Sequence record: LR535904.1
DNA: 64,000 nucleotides
Direction: 5' to 3' (one strand)
The notes below the pieces were generated by a model. That model had not been told where the DNA came from and did not search any database. It saw only the letters and a program-made list of their open reading frames with translations. Positions within the stretch are counted from its first letter, which is position 1. The number at the start of each line of letters is the position of its first letter. Made by a program: the position numbers and the translations under genes. Positions 37,121-48,487 of this stretch are shown here, piece by piece.

Positions 37121-38020
37121 GGAAGATAGATGCAGCGGGTGGTTGAATGTGGTTTTATACGCAAGATGCAAATCGTTTTTACCAGGAATCTGTGCAATCA
37201 GTCTGACTTTGTCAGCGAGGTGTGCACGCACTGAATCTGGATTTTCTACGGTGTAGTTCTTCTTGTCGGTCAAGAAGCGACCACGAACCTTTGGCCACTC
37301 GTTACCATCGCCGTTAAAGATAACGATGGCCTCTGCAACCATATCACGGATCTTAAACGTGCTGTTGTTCAAAATCCCTTCACTGAAGAAATACTTACCG
37401 TCGACTAACACGCCACGAGAGCGCGCCATCGGTTTTGCTTCCAGTTCGTCAAACGGTGTAAACATCAGTTCTAAATCGACGGCAGGTACCAGTACAAAGT
37501 AGTAAGGGAACGAGCCCAGATAGTCCGGACTCCACCAACGGAGTTCTTTATACCCCTCGATATCGATGTATGGTTCGGTGTCGAAATACGTTTCCGTATC
37601 CTTTTTATCCCACACGAACTTATAGCTATACGCCATCATGTCCGCTAAACGGGTGATGCCCGGTTTACGAATACGTTTGGTGATTTCGAAATCGTCAGTC
37701 AGTGCATACCAGACAGAACGCAAATCCGCTTCCGTCGCCGGATAATCCCCATATCGGGTTTGAACCAGATGTTGCATCCAAGCTTCTGCTTCTTCTTTCG
37801 TTAAATCCACCTTCGTTAAGAGGAAACTTACCAGCTTACTTCTTTCGTTCAGACGTTTCAAATCGGCCAACGTTACCGAACGACCACGAATCTCAGAAAC
37901 GCCAGGCACCAGTAGCATCGGGTCGTGATAGGCAGCTAAAATTTTGTTCAGGTCGGCGTGTGCTCCAGTATATTTTTAAATATAATCAATGGCGAATAAA
38001 GGATCTTCGTCTACGTTAGC
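37061..38020 (-). CDS. Hypothetical protein in the radical SAM cluster, about 295 aa
   Basis: Reordered: GGAG RBS, MKNDLHLAYKTTFNHPLHLSSPDSVRAHLADKVRLIAQIPGEWPKVRG...; ends EDPLFAIDYI*. Confidence 0.7.
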
Positions 38021-38980
38021 GACGGTTTGTCGTACAGTTCAGACGAGATCCTGGATTCTACTTGATCTGTCATTGCAGGTGCCCCTCCACAGAAGCTACA
38101 GTCTAAGTTACACTTAGAAGTTGCGACAACCGACAGAATTATCGAGAGAATCTCTTCACGTTGAAACTCACGAGAAGTATCTTCTCTATCCATGTAATAA
38201 GCTAACAGCGGCTCACCGCCCGTCCAATGAATCTCACCGATATCCGGATTCTTCTCTAAATGACGGAGGTTCGGATGAGACTCCTTCAACTCGTTCACGA
38301 AGTCTTCAATCTTGCGCTGCAACTGTTTCAGCAACGGCAGATGTGATTTACGCATCTTTAAACCGTTGGTGTACATGTGAAAGTTCATAAACGGACGTTC
38401 CGACTTCTTGTAGCCGTCAATGGACACAAAGATAAGGTCGGTGTAATAGTTGTCCAGCTCGTACAGCACTTCCAGCGCTTCGTGATTACCACCGTTTACA
38501 TCGATGAAATCTTCGTACCAGCGTTTATCACCTAACTGGTCACGCGTCATCACACCCCAGATCGCATCAAACAACAACGACACACCACCTGGACGGTAAT
38601 GATAGATTGCTCGGTGCAGCATTTTCCAATACCCGTACATGAAGTTCATGACGTGGTCTGGCGATAACGGTTTCGGCATCCTGATTGCAAGCCCACATTC
38701 AGAATCGTTCTGCATGTTAAGGCGTTCGATATTGTCGAGTCCGTCGGCGTTAAGCCACAGCACTTCACTGCACGTGTTGCACTCGGTATCGAACATTTTA
38801 GCCAGGCGATTACAGCCGACTTCCAATATCTCTGGGGCGTTCTGAATTTGCTCCTGCGTATTACGCTTAGCAGAAATTACACGGTTGATGTAGTTATACG
38901 CATCAACGCCGATAGAACGCGATACGTGCGTGGTGTGTACTGGATTTGCTGTTCGCTATTACTCATTGTTCGCCGCCCGT
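38021..38980 (-). CDS. Radical SAM enzyme 1 with short Cys-containing C-terminus, 304 aa
   Basis: Reordered in full: MTDQVESR..VVATSKCNLDCSFC..HWTGGEPLL..MYTNG..VSIDG; C-terminal ECG..ECNTC..GC, possibly a truncated auxiliary cluster site. Confidence 0.85.
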
Positions 38981-40300
38981 GATATTTACGCTCGTAGCAG
39001 TATTCGCAGTCCAGGTTACATGACAGGTTAGTCACAACCTTATCACGCTCGAAACAAGCGTGGATAAAATCAATCACGTCTGCTACTTTGTTGTTACGCG
39101 GCTGCATGAACGGCTCACCACCGATGATATCGATGATGACTTCAACGTTCGGGATATCTTGGCGATTGTGTTCTGCGCATAACTTCTCTGCGGTTTCAAA
39201 GGCCGCCAAAAGAAGTTTAGTTTCTTTGTTCAGCGGACGGTCCAGAAGCGTACCGTTCGTGGAGATACTGAACATATACGCTTCAGGTAAACCATCGATG
39301 GAGACCCCAATAGACAGTTTGTCTTTCCAGCGCTCGATAAGTACCGCAGCTTCGTACGACCCTTCACGCGTCGTGGTAAAGATACGATATTTGTCATGGA
39401 TAAACGTCGCCTTTACGCCCAGCTCAGCGATGCCAACACTCTTCAGGTAATTGTAACCGCCGCCGGACATGTCAATTAACGATTTCATGCTGGCGGCATA
39501 GTGCGGCAATGTATCGATCGCCAACGCCATATGGCGCGGCAGGATATCTTCGTACGTTACGTTACCAGAAATGGTACCACTGGTGTGCAGACCCTTCTCA
39601 ATCCAGTAGTCCATCACGTCCATCATCTGGTTCGCGATATCCCAAGTTGCCATAAAGTTCAGGCCATCCGGGATGATGTGCGTAATCGTGTTACGCGGGT
39701 GGCGTTCTGGGTCGAGACGAACAGAGTCGTCATGTAAGAGTTTGTCACGCCAATCCGGGTAAATCTTGCGATCAAAGCCGAGACAGGTCATGTGCGTCAA
39801 CGTACCGCAGTACGGTTTCACGACCAGTTCTGCTACAGCAGAACGGGAAGTTACCGTGGACATGAAACGGTTACAACCGTTGTACTGCGTTTGAATCTCT
39901 TCTAACAGCTTACCACCGTCCAGGCTCACAAACTCACGACCTGCGCAGCTACCGCAGCTGTGTTTCATCGGACACCCTAAACAGGTTTCTGGGTAGTTGG
40001 GCTCGGCGTGATACGCTTTACGGTCTTCCAGTGTACCTTCACCGTTTTCGTACGATGCTGTTTTCTGATACCAATATTCCGCCGCCATCAGCTTCGCAGT
40101 AGTCCAACCACACTGACGACCACAACGTGAACAATAGCACATGGATTTATCATGCAAATCTGATGCGCGAGTCGTACCAGCAGTATTGACTTCATTCTGG
40201 GCTCCGTTTTGTAATTTTTCTGCTTCAGCACGTTGGCGTACTTGCTTTTGCGCAGGAAGCGATCGACCAAGTGCAGTTTACGCTTCGTAAAATTGTGAAT
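38921..40300 (-). CDS. Radical SAM/SPASM peptide-maturase-like enzyme 2, about 442 aa
   Basis: Reordered: MSNSEQ..VVTNLSCNLDCEYCYE..IIGGEPF..STNGTLL..VSIDG; SPASM Cys pattern YCG..MTC..YGCNRF..CLGCPMKHSCGSC..QC. ATG overlaps the stop of enzyme 1. Confidence 0.9.
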
Positions 40301-40840
40301 CAGGCTTTGGATTTCATCAGTGAAGTCTTCCCCTGCCACAATTGCGTGCACATTGTACAGCTCGTGTCCTTTCTCAACGCAGTAGACCGGGATCATCACA
40401 TTCAGCCCGTATTTAATCAATGGGTATGCAAGCAGTCGCTTCTCAAAGCCAGGGTTGCGCTTTTCGATTTCCGCGACAGACACTAAACTTTCAGGACTGG
40501 CTTCATCAATAGAGTGACGTAGCAGTTCGATTTTGTGGCGAACCGGGTTATTGGAGCGTAAGTTACGAATACGCATCCGCGGGAATGACAAGCCCAACGC
40601 TTCTTCCAACTGCGGGAGCAGGTGTTCTTCGAAGATTTGACGCTCTGTGTAATAAGCGTCCATCTGGAAGTCCTGATCGAGGTTACCGGCCCACAACAGA
40701 GAAATGTTGTGTTGCTCTTCCAGTAACAGACATTCGTCCTCCTCAATCAGGCCAAGTTCTAACAACAAACCGAAGTCCAGCAATCGGCAAATCACGCTGG
40801 AAATAACGGGCGCGGATCTCTTCGTTCGTTAAGCTTTTGT
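40181..40840 (-). CDS. Hypothetical protein in the radical SAM cluster, about 188 aa
   Basis: Reordered: MKSILIHNFTKRKLHLVDRFLRKSKLYNVHAIVAGEDF...EEDECLLLTKA*; overlaps the end of the SPASM gene. Confidence 0.65.
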
Positions 40841-41440
40841 AAAATCCGGTACGGCCCTGATCCTGCGCACCGATTCGTTCCATGAAATTACCGTGACGAT
40901 TGCGTGCCAGGGCTTCTTTATCAGACATCCCTTCGATGAGATGGTAATGGAGTAATGCACACTCTTTCGTGCGTTTCAATGTGAAGTTAGCTTCAATCTC
41001 CGACATCTCATACAGCTTCACGGTAGATTTCAGATTCCCGCGAATTTCGTCGAGGTCAATCTCCAGCACATTAGCAATAACTTCGTAGCGGTGGTCGAGT
41101 TCCAACAGCATCTTCTGCACGTCTTCGTAAATGTAACGTGGCGACGATTCATCGGCTTGAAAGTGACTACCTTCAAACTCGATATAACCATGGCGCTCAT
41201 GCGTATCGAGCCAGTATTCTGGTGCGGTATCTGCCTGAATGTATTGACCGAGGATGGTACCAATAGCGGCCAGCAACGCTTTACATTGGGCTACTGTAAA
41301 CGGACTGTGCTTAGTATTCAACTCACGGATTTGGCGTTTGTTATCTGCCATTGCTGAGTGCAACACTTGGTCACGTGCAACTTACATGCCGAGTGACTCG
41401 GACAATGTTTTTAATCCAGTGTAATCGCGCTTTTCAGCTA
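40721..41440 (-). CDS. DUF4376-like tail-fibre assembly protein, about 223 aa
   Basis: Reordered: GAGGAGG RBS, MSVTDKSLTNEEIR...; IEFEGSHFQADESS..PEYWLDTLNTKHSPFTVAQCKALLAAIVARDQVLH..KRQIREL resembles the DUF4376 pattern as I recall it. Confidence 0.6.
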
Positions 41441-41460
41441 TAAGAAATAAATAAAAGGTA

Positions 41461-41500
41461 CCTACCTCCCTTCGGGGAGGTAGGGCCTTTATTTTCTTTG
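41461..41500. terminator. Bidirectional intrinsic terminator closing the fibre/radical SAM operon
   Basis: CCTACCTCCC-ttcg-GGGAGGTAGG with flanking A and T tracts. Confidence 0.8.
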
Positions 41501-42100
41501 CCTGAGCACCACCAACGGTGAACTGGACGGATTCGTTTAACAAAACAACTTAGTAGTTTCTAAATACCAACCTGCCAGCCTTGCAGTTTATACTGTAACG
41601 CAGCCAATCGTTAAAACTGAACGCGAGGACGGCGACAGTGGTGAGAAAATCATCACTGTTATGGTGAAAGAAGGCCACATAGATCTAATTGCCGCCGGTA
41701 AAACGGAAGATGCGTTTGCATTGTCTGAACTCACCATTTCAGTTACCGCTGACCAGGCAGAATGGGATACCGATGAAGAAGTGCTTGCTTTTGTCAACGC
41801 TGGCGAGAAAGAGCTGCATTATACCCGCCTCGATTCATCGAACATCATCGGTGCGAAAGCTGGAGACACTCGCAACTCCAAACTCACCATCACTGCCACC
41901 GCGGAATCCGCTAACTTTACTCCGTTAACTTCTGCTGACGTTACATTCGGCGCTGTTGCTGACTATTCACCAGCAGATTCCATCTCTGCAAAAGACCAAC
42001 TCGTTGCGCTGTTTAATGCTGCAAACAGCGGACTGTCTAGTGTTTTTAGAACGATTTAGTATGCACCACAAACCTACTATAAGGAAACAACCATGGCAGT
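41501..42100 (+). CDS. Virion structural protein of the RNT/YxRL paralog family, 175 aa
   Basis: Reordered: AAGGA RBS, MAVISAKDQLVALFNAANSGLSSPLTSADVTFG..DTRNSKLTITA..FTGEKELHYTRLD..TTNGELDGFV*. Confidence 0.7.
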
Positions 42101-42160
42101 CAGTGGTAAAAAATTTCTCGTTTAACAGCCAACTTTACTGCCATATTAAGCCCACTATGT

Positions 42161-42700
42161 AACCGGCCAACAGGTTTATAATCGCGAATACGATAAATAG
42201 ACGTTTCATAGAGTACCTTTAGTCGTGATTCTTTACTGGTGTGGCGCTAAATTGTCCTATGTTGCTTGGCGACTGAACACCCAGTACCGGACGGTAGTCT
42301 ACAAACTTCTCCTGCGTCCCTGTGCATGTATAAATCACCACTACCCAGTTTGCACCCACATCCATTACTGTTACTGACCGCGGCATCATTTGTAGGTTGT
42401 TTTTGCCAATTGTATCTTTAAACATCATCGGTGACTCTAGTTTGCCACCGTCCCACGCTGTTACGGTTTTATTAATACGGTAATAACGCTCACCTGTGGT
42501 GGTGTTAACATTCCCGTCGATCCCTTTACCTTCGCCGGTATACGGGTTCACATCCGAAAAAGAGTAAGTGGGGCTATCGTCAATCGTAATCGGAGTAGGA
42601 ACTTCACCGATAAACCCGCTGCTGCAGCGAAAGAATGTCAAGCCCTTACCCACTCCCCTTACGGGAGTGGGTAAACACTATTTATTTTCTTCTAACGGAA
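42161..42700 (-). CDS. Lipoprotein, 163 aa
   Basis: Reordered: AAAGG RBS, MKRLFIVFAIINLLAGC; the lipobox Cys codon spans a junction. Opposite strand to its neighbours. Confidence 0.75.
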
Positions 42701-42760
42701 ATCATTTGATACGTTTAATGCGCGTAGAGAGCGTTACAGAGCGTTTTAGAGGGTAAATAA

Positions 42761-43360
42761 CCATCGATTGGAGCAAGCTAGTTAAAATCTAAGCCACTTT
42801 AATCAAAAGTAATATCATTTAGCCTGATATCACCTTCTGGTCACCGACACGTGGTACCGTTAAAGTGGTTAAGCAACAACTTCCGTTTATTCACTTTATC
42901 GAGTGCGATATTACCTGGCTGCATGTTGACGTACGCAACCCAATGCTTGATACTCCGTTGCAGAAAGTACACGACTATATTGCCGCGAACCCTAACGAGT
43001 CAAACAAACTGTACGCCGAATCGGGCAGTATGCATAAATTCGGTAATGCGTTTGATGCAAGTACCCTGCAGTTCTTTATTAATCAAGAGAAACCAAAGGG
43101 TGGGGATTGGCAAACTCGTGTTCGTAATCGTTTTGGGCGGATGGTGATTTTAACCAGTTCCCAGCAACAGCGTAGTCTGCAATACGGTGAAGGTGCTATT
43201 CGTTTCCTTAATCCGTTACTGCTAATCTCGCTCCAACAGATTCATCCGAATCCTGCCAACTTCGCGTTAAAAGAGTTGATGCCGCAGGAATACATCGCGA
43301 ACGTGCAGTATTTGAATATCAAACGTGCGTTCCTGACTGCCCCTTAAGGAGAGAAAATGT
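42761..43360 (+). CDS. Peptidase M15-like muralytic enzyme, 171 aa
   Basis: Reordered: MFHPNPANFALKELMP..GSMHKFGNAFD..FIECDITWLHVDVRN, giving the His, Asp, His zinc-ligand order of M15. Confidence 0.75.
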
Positions 43361-43960
43361 CGCGTACGTTAGCGATTCCTGAACACGAACGTGTTGACAT
43401 TACTAATGGGCAACCGGTAAATAGCCGGCCGGTAGAAAAGACGTTGTCCTATAATCGCAACTACCTGTTCTTTAGAACGTACCATGCCGTTCACGAGTTT
43501 GGTTGGCCGTCCTATGTAGACGATAACTCTAAGGTGGTTTTGATGTTCTTACGTATCATGGAGGCATTAGGCGTTGACACCTTTATTCGTAAGTCCTTCT
43601 TTTACCCTGACACTGTCGAAGGTAATCTATCTCGTGCATGTGACAAAACATTCGCTGACCCTTGGGCCGCTGCCGCTTGTGTGCATGATTTGTTTTACCA
43701 GAAACGTTCATCGGTAGGCTTTGTGACGGACCTGGCAAGCATTCCAGAAGCGTTACGTCCTATCCTGCATCCGGATGGGCTGGTAGCATTAGCAGGTGTG
43801 CATCCGGATACCCCGTTATGGGTAACGGTACCGAGAGGATATTTCCATTTCGAGTTTACGTTGCGCAGCCTCTATCGTGAACAGACCGGAATGGATGCGA
43901 TCAGTATGGAAGCACTTAAGTATAAGTTGTTAGAGAAGCCGTGGTTTATCCTCACGGATG
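43301..43960 (+). CDS. DUF1353 family protein, 213 aa
   Basis: Reordered: VTVPRGFVTDLASIP..LHPDGPWAAAACVHDLFY..FLRIMEALGV..YHAVHEFG. Confidence 0.75.
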
Positions 43961-44260
43961 AATGCCCATTTTACTGGGATTAATGGTCCTCACGATGCTC
44001 GTGCGTTATATGACGTGAGGCGATCTTCTGTCGGAGGGTAAAGCCATGCAATACGACAACGACGACTGGCCGAAAGGCTTCCGAAGTACAAACCGTTCCG
44101 GAAACGTATTACGATTCTGGGTTCTTCAAACTATTACGCGCCTTGTTTTTGCCGCAAGGAGAAAACGTAATGACCCACCGTCCAACTCCGCCTAAGTTCC
44201 TGGGGATGTGCAAATGAAACAGAATTGGTTTGCTGCCTTAATGAAAGCTATCTGGCGCGC
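43961..44260 (+). CDS. Two or three tiny ORFs, one hydrophobic
   Basis: Reordered: MKQNWFAALMKAIWRALVFAARRKRNDPPSNSA* (33 aa), MTHRPTPPKFPEV..., MQYDNDDWPKGLMPILLGLMVLTMLVRYMT* (30 aa, one TM). Confidence 0.35.
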
Positions 44261-44860
44261 AGTTTACTTACGGCTGGTATGGCCGCGTCTATCAGGAAAT
44301 GCCAGACTACGTGGCTAAGTTAACCTGTCATCAGGTTGCGTATTACACGGAAATCAGTGAAGGGCGTGAGGATAACGAAGCGTTAGAAGGCTTCATCAAA
44401 GCCCGTGGGGAAGAGGGCCTGAATCGACTGATGTTCGCTTAGGGTAAACTATACGATGATATCGATGCCGATGGTGGTATCGGGCCACGTACGTTAACAG
44501 ACGCAGGACGTGGTAACTGTATCAAGTCCCTGCAACGTATTCTGAACGTATTAAACCGTCTAGACCAGATTATGAAAATGAATGTCCTGCTAGCTGACCG
44601 AATGTTTGATTTCGGCATTAACCTGAGCTTAGAAATCGCGTTAGACATTTACAACAAGCTCTGGTGGCAGCGGATGCGTTCGAACCGCGGTGTCACCGAA
44701 CTCACTGCGCGCGAATATGGCTATAAAGGGGATATGCGTGGTGCCAAAGTAAACATCGAAGCCGGTTACGTTAATAACCCGAAAGATTTGGGCAAAGCAA
44801 TGACCCTATCAACTCAGGAGGTTATCGTGGTCGATCGTTGGAGTAAAGAGGGCATTATTC
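44201..44860 (+). CDS. Glycoside hydrolase family 108 endolysin with C-terminal peptidoglycan-binding domain, 196 aa
   Basis: Reordered: GGAGG RBS, GTG at 44827; IEAGYVNNPKDLGKATNRGVT (EGGY-like motif); MFDFGINAG..LQRILN..DGGIGPRTL..FTYGW. Confidence 0.85.
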
Positions 44861-44920
44861 GGTTTAAAGCCTGAAGATAACCCATGCCCTCTTCCCCACG
44901 GGGAAGAGGCTTTCTTTTTA

Positions 44921-47140
44921 CCCCTAAACCGTGGGTGCGGCCAACGATACCGTTATCGTAATTTAACGAGGAACTTGACGTCGTGTATTACGATGCGTAT
45001 CTCGGTAAAATGATGGAATGTAATCCGTATACCAAATCTGGCAACCGGGTGAAATCGGCTACCAGTAGTGCACCGGTGGAGAGGTTCTATGTCGATCGCT
45101 GCGCGGTAATGTTCACCCTAAAACCTGCGCCTACCGGAGTGATTGGCCTCGCTGTGGAACGTATCATGGCACACTGTGTATCGGAGTTTGATATTGTGCA
45201 CGACACTTGGCGTTACAACCGTTTGGTGGGAACACCATACGGCGATGCTGTAGCCAACTTACCAGCCACCACATTGTTTGTGGAGTTCTTAGGTACGATT
45301 ATTTCAGGTACGCTGTTCAAAAAGCAAAACATACCCGGCGACCGATTGGCCAGTGCGGATGGGATAGATAAAGTCACCGACCCAACCAAACCTGTAGTTG
45401 AACCGAATGTCACCGACGAGTACCAAGAGTTCCTCGACTACCTCGCAGATTTAGATGCCACAGGCGAAGCCGTCGGTGGGAATAAAAGTATCGTCAACTG
45501 GGTATCCGTCGGAACGGTGAGCTCGCCGGTCTATGTCTACGGTCGTGAAGACGGGATGTCATGGACTCGCCCTGGGATGGGCGATTGGGGCCAGCCGGGA
45601 CGATATACAGCGTTCGAGCAATGGAACACCCCGGCTACCGCCCAGTTAGTCGTCGCACAATTTACCGGCTACCAGAGTCGCTACTATGGCGGTCCTGGTG
45701 TACCCAGCGGCACCAATAACCGTAACGGCTTAGCTGGGTCCCGTGACAAAGGCGGTGCTACGTTTAGCACCACCAAGATCGGTGGAGCTGGTGGTGCGCC
45801 TCTCGGGCCAGGCGCGGCGGAAGTCACCATCGAAAACTACGGCACCATCGCCGGAGGTGGGGGTGGGGGCGACTACTATGCTGCGAACACATCAGCAGAC
45901 GGAGCTGACGCAATCCACATTACCGATACCTTCCGCGGCAACTTCGTTAACCGGGGAACCATTCTTGGTCGCGGTGGTTCGGGTATGGTCTATTCTCTGC
46001 GCAACCTGAAACCGACGTTCGTTATCGACGAATTGCCGCAAATTGGCGAGGTGGTTTGGACGTGCGGGCGTTTGTTTGTTAACGTGACCGTAGATGCGGG
46101 GGCTTTCGTTTATCGCGACAACACAACTACGTCGCAAGTTTCGGACAGCTACTGGGCCACGACGTTGACCAACCATGCGGGCAGTGCCACGTTGAATGTG
46201 GCACGCTATCAAGATAACGAGCAAACCCTTAACCTGAACTCAGGCGAGTGGCCAAGACAAGTGCAATTGGCACCCGTGGAGGGTTCGTACAAAGTCATGG
46301 AGACACTCGGCATTCGGAGTGTATTTGATGTAAACGAAATTGCTCCTGTAGAGAACTTGGGCAAAACCACATACGTCCCGGATGATTTCACCGGTAGCCT
46401 GCACGATGCTCTGGCCATCGGCGGGATGTTTGGAACGAAGTATGTGTTCTTTTCACGTAACAAACTCGAGACATATGCAGAGGATATAGGCCAAACCTCT
46501 GCGTATAACAGCGTCGTGGCTTTGACCGCTAGACCGGGGAATGCAGTCAAACGGATCGTGGATCTTGATAAAGTCGATGTCAGCGCCCCGATGTCCCCGG
46601 CCAATATCATTCTCACGCTAAAGGCTGCGAATAAACAGCAGTGGATTAACTTCTACTCTAGCAGCCAAACGCTAGATGTGATAAACGGCGACGTGGATAT
46701 CAACACCGTCTACACTGTTAGGACAAACAATGCTGCGCGCATCACGTTCCAGGCGAAACAGACAAGTCTTGTCTGGTACGTAGACACTTTACTGGGGATT
46801 ACCTTTTTAACCGACGACTTTGAAGACCTGCCTATCACTTCTAAGGTTAAGTTGGATGCCATTCCCACTTGTGCATCCATTCACGAACTGTTGCCGCATT
46901 ATTCGAATTACGGTCAAATTACGGCCCAGGTCACGAAACAAAATATTGCTGATTATTTCGTGTCCGTGGCGCATCGTGACGAAAAAACCCTAGACGTCAC
47001 ACTGACAGGGGGTCCGGGGTGGTCGCTCAACCGTAAAAACGCGGTCGCCAAAGCAGTAGACCCCGCTAACGTACGCCTGGCCGCTATAGACTAAGGTGTC
47101 ACCATGTCCTACACTCCTGATTTAGTGGCGACCGTGATTC
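44921..47140 (+). CDS. Virion protein with internal T-even gp38-adhesin-like glycine-rich domain, about 725 aa
   Basis: Reordered: ILGRGGSG..DGADAI..VTIENYGTIAGGGGGG..GGAGGAPLGPG..GGPGGDWGQPG, in gp38 motif order. Confidence 0.65.
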
Positions 47141-48460
47141 AAAGGCGGCTATATGGTCTACAGTCCATATAGCAAAACCGCCCCGGTCCCTTGGTATCCA
47201 AAACAAATGACGAGCCTCTACTCGAATTACTGTAACTATTTCATCTATTACGACCCAAGCTACACCACCACGTCATCGGCTATTACTTACCAGGGACTAT
47301 ACCGTAACGGATACCAATCCACCGAAGAGATGTTCCAAGAAAGTATTGCTAACCGGCGTCGGGTACTGTACCACACTGCTCCGTATGGCACTCGATACTG
47401 TACCGGGAGTATTCGACGGCTGATGCAACACGCGTTTCCGAACGAGTACGTGTTGACTCGGGCGGAAGCGCCTGAAACAATGGATGATTTAACGGGTTCC
47501 GCGCGTTACATGAGGTTCCGGGAAACCAGCTCAAATTCGATGAGCGTCACGTTGTATCAACACTTTGGTCCGAAAAATAACGTGGCCTATTTGGCGCAGG
47601 AAAAGGACGTCGAACGTTATTACTGCGTGAAGTTGACGCCACCTGAGGATATGGGTAATCTCCGTCGTCCGTTCTTCTTGTATGTCGCTACACGCAATAA
47701 CAACCCAGGCTTAGACCCTGATATGCGTGGGGAGTACAATTCGGGCATCCCGTTCACTATCGGTAATGCTGCTACTGATAACCCGTATGACCTCTATGGG
47801 CCGCTGCGACTAAACAGTAACTCGTACATGACCCAGTTCATCGCGGCGCTGTCGGCATGGGTCTATCGACTCGACTGGAGCATGTACACCCAACAGATAA
47901 TCAATATCCCGATGGGTACCGCCGACTTGTACCACACCACCGAAACCGGAGCTTGGGAACCCATGGATGTTTACAGCACGGATAACCCCGCATTCACGGG
48001 TCACATTCCTATTAGCTTTATTCGTGAAGAGCCCAGCTTTGACAGCCAGTTTGCAATGATCACTGTGGCAACGGGCGATCGGACGGTGGCGATTAAATCG
48101 ATCGACCGGATTTCCGCAGCTTGTGGGTTGGTGCTTACTGCTGACGATTTAACGTATCCCTTTAAAGGCGTCAGCGTACCGGTTAAAGTACCTTATCGGG
48201 CGACGTCCTACCGCGACATCGGTGGTGGTTACAGCGGTAAGATGGACATCTACTACGACCGCTTAAACCTTTCGCAGTATCCTTTAACCAATGCCTTGCG
48301 CGATGGCCGCAACAGCCGTATAGTGGTAAACGGATTACAGCGTGATAACCCGCAGCTCAAGAAACCACTCAACGCAACCAACGTGGCGTTATTACAAGGT
48401 GACGTTGCAATGATCAACTATAACAAACCTGTCATGCAGCTGGTTTGGGATCAGATTAAT
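47081..48460 (+). CDS. Virion structural protein (RNT/YDRL family), about 439 aa
   Basis: Reordered: MINYNKPVMQLVWDQINRDNPQL..GRNSRIVV..GYSGKMDIYYDRLNL; contains GPLR..NPGLDPDM. Confidence 0.7.
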
Positions 48461-48487
48461 TAGCGTACTTCACCATAACAGCTAAAA

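Noticed and set aside
38011-40157. Circularly permuted radical SAM enzymes with C-terminal CxxxCxxC, as shown in the track
   Set aside because: An effect of block reversal; the reordered proteins are canonical.
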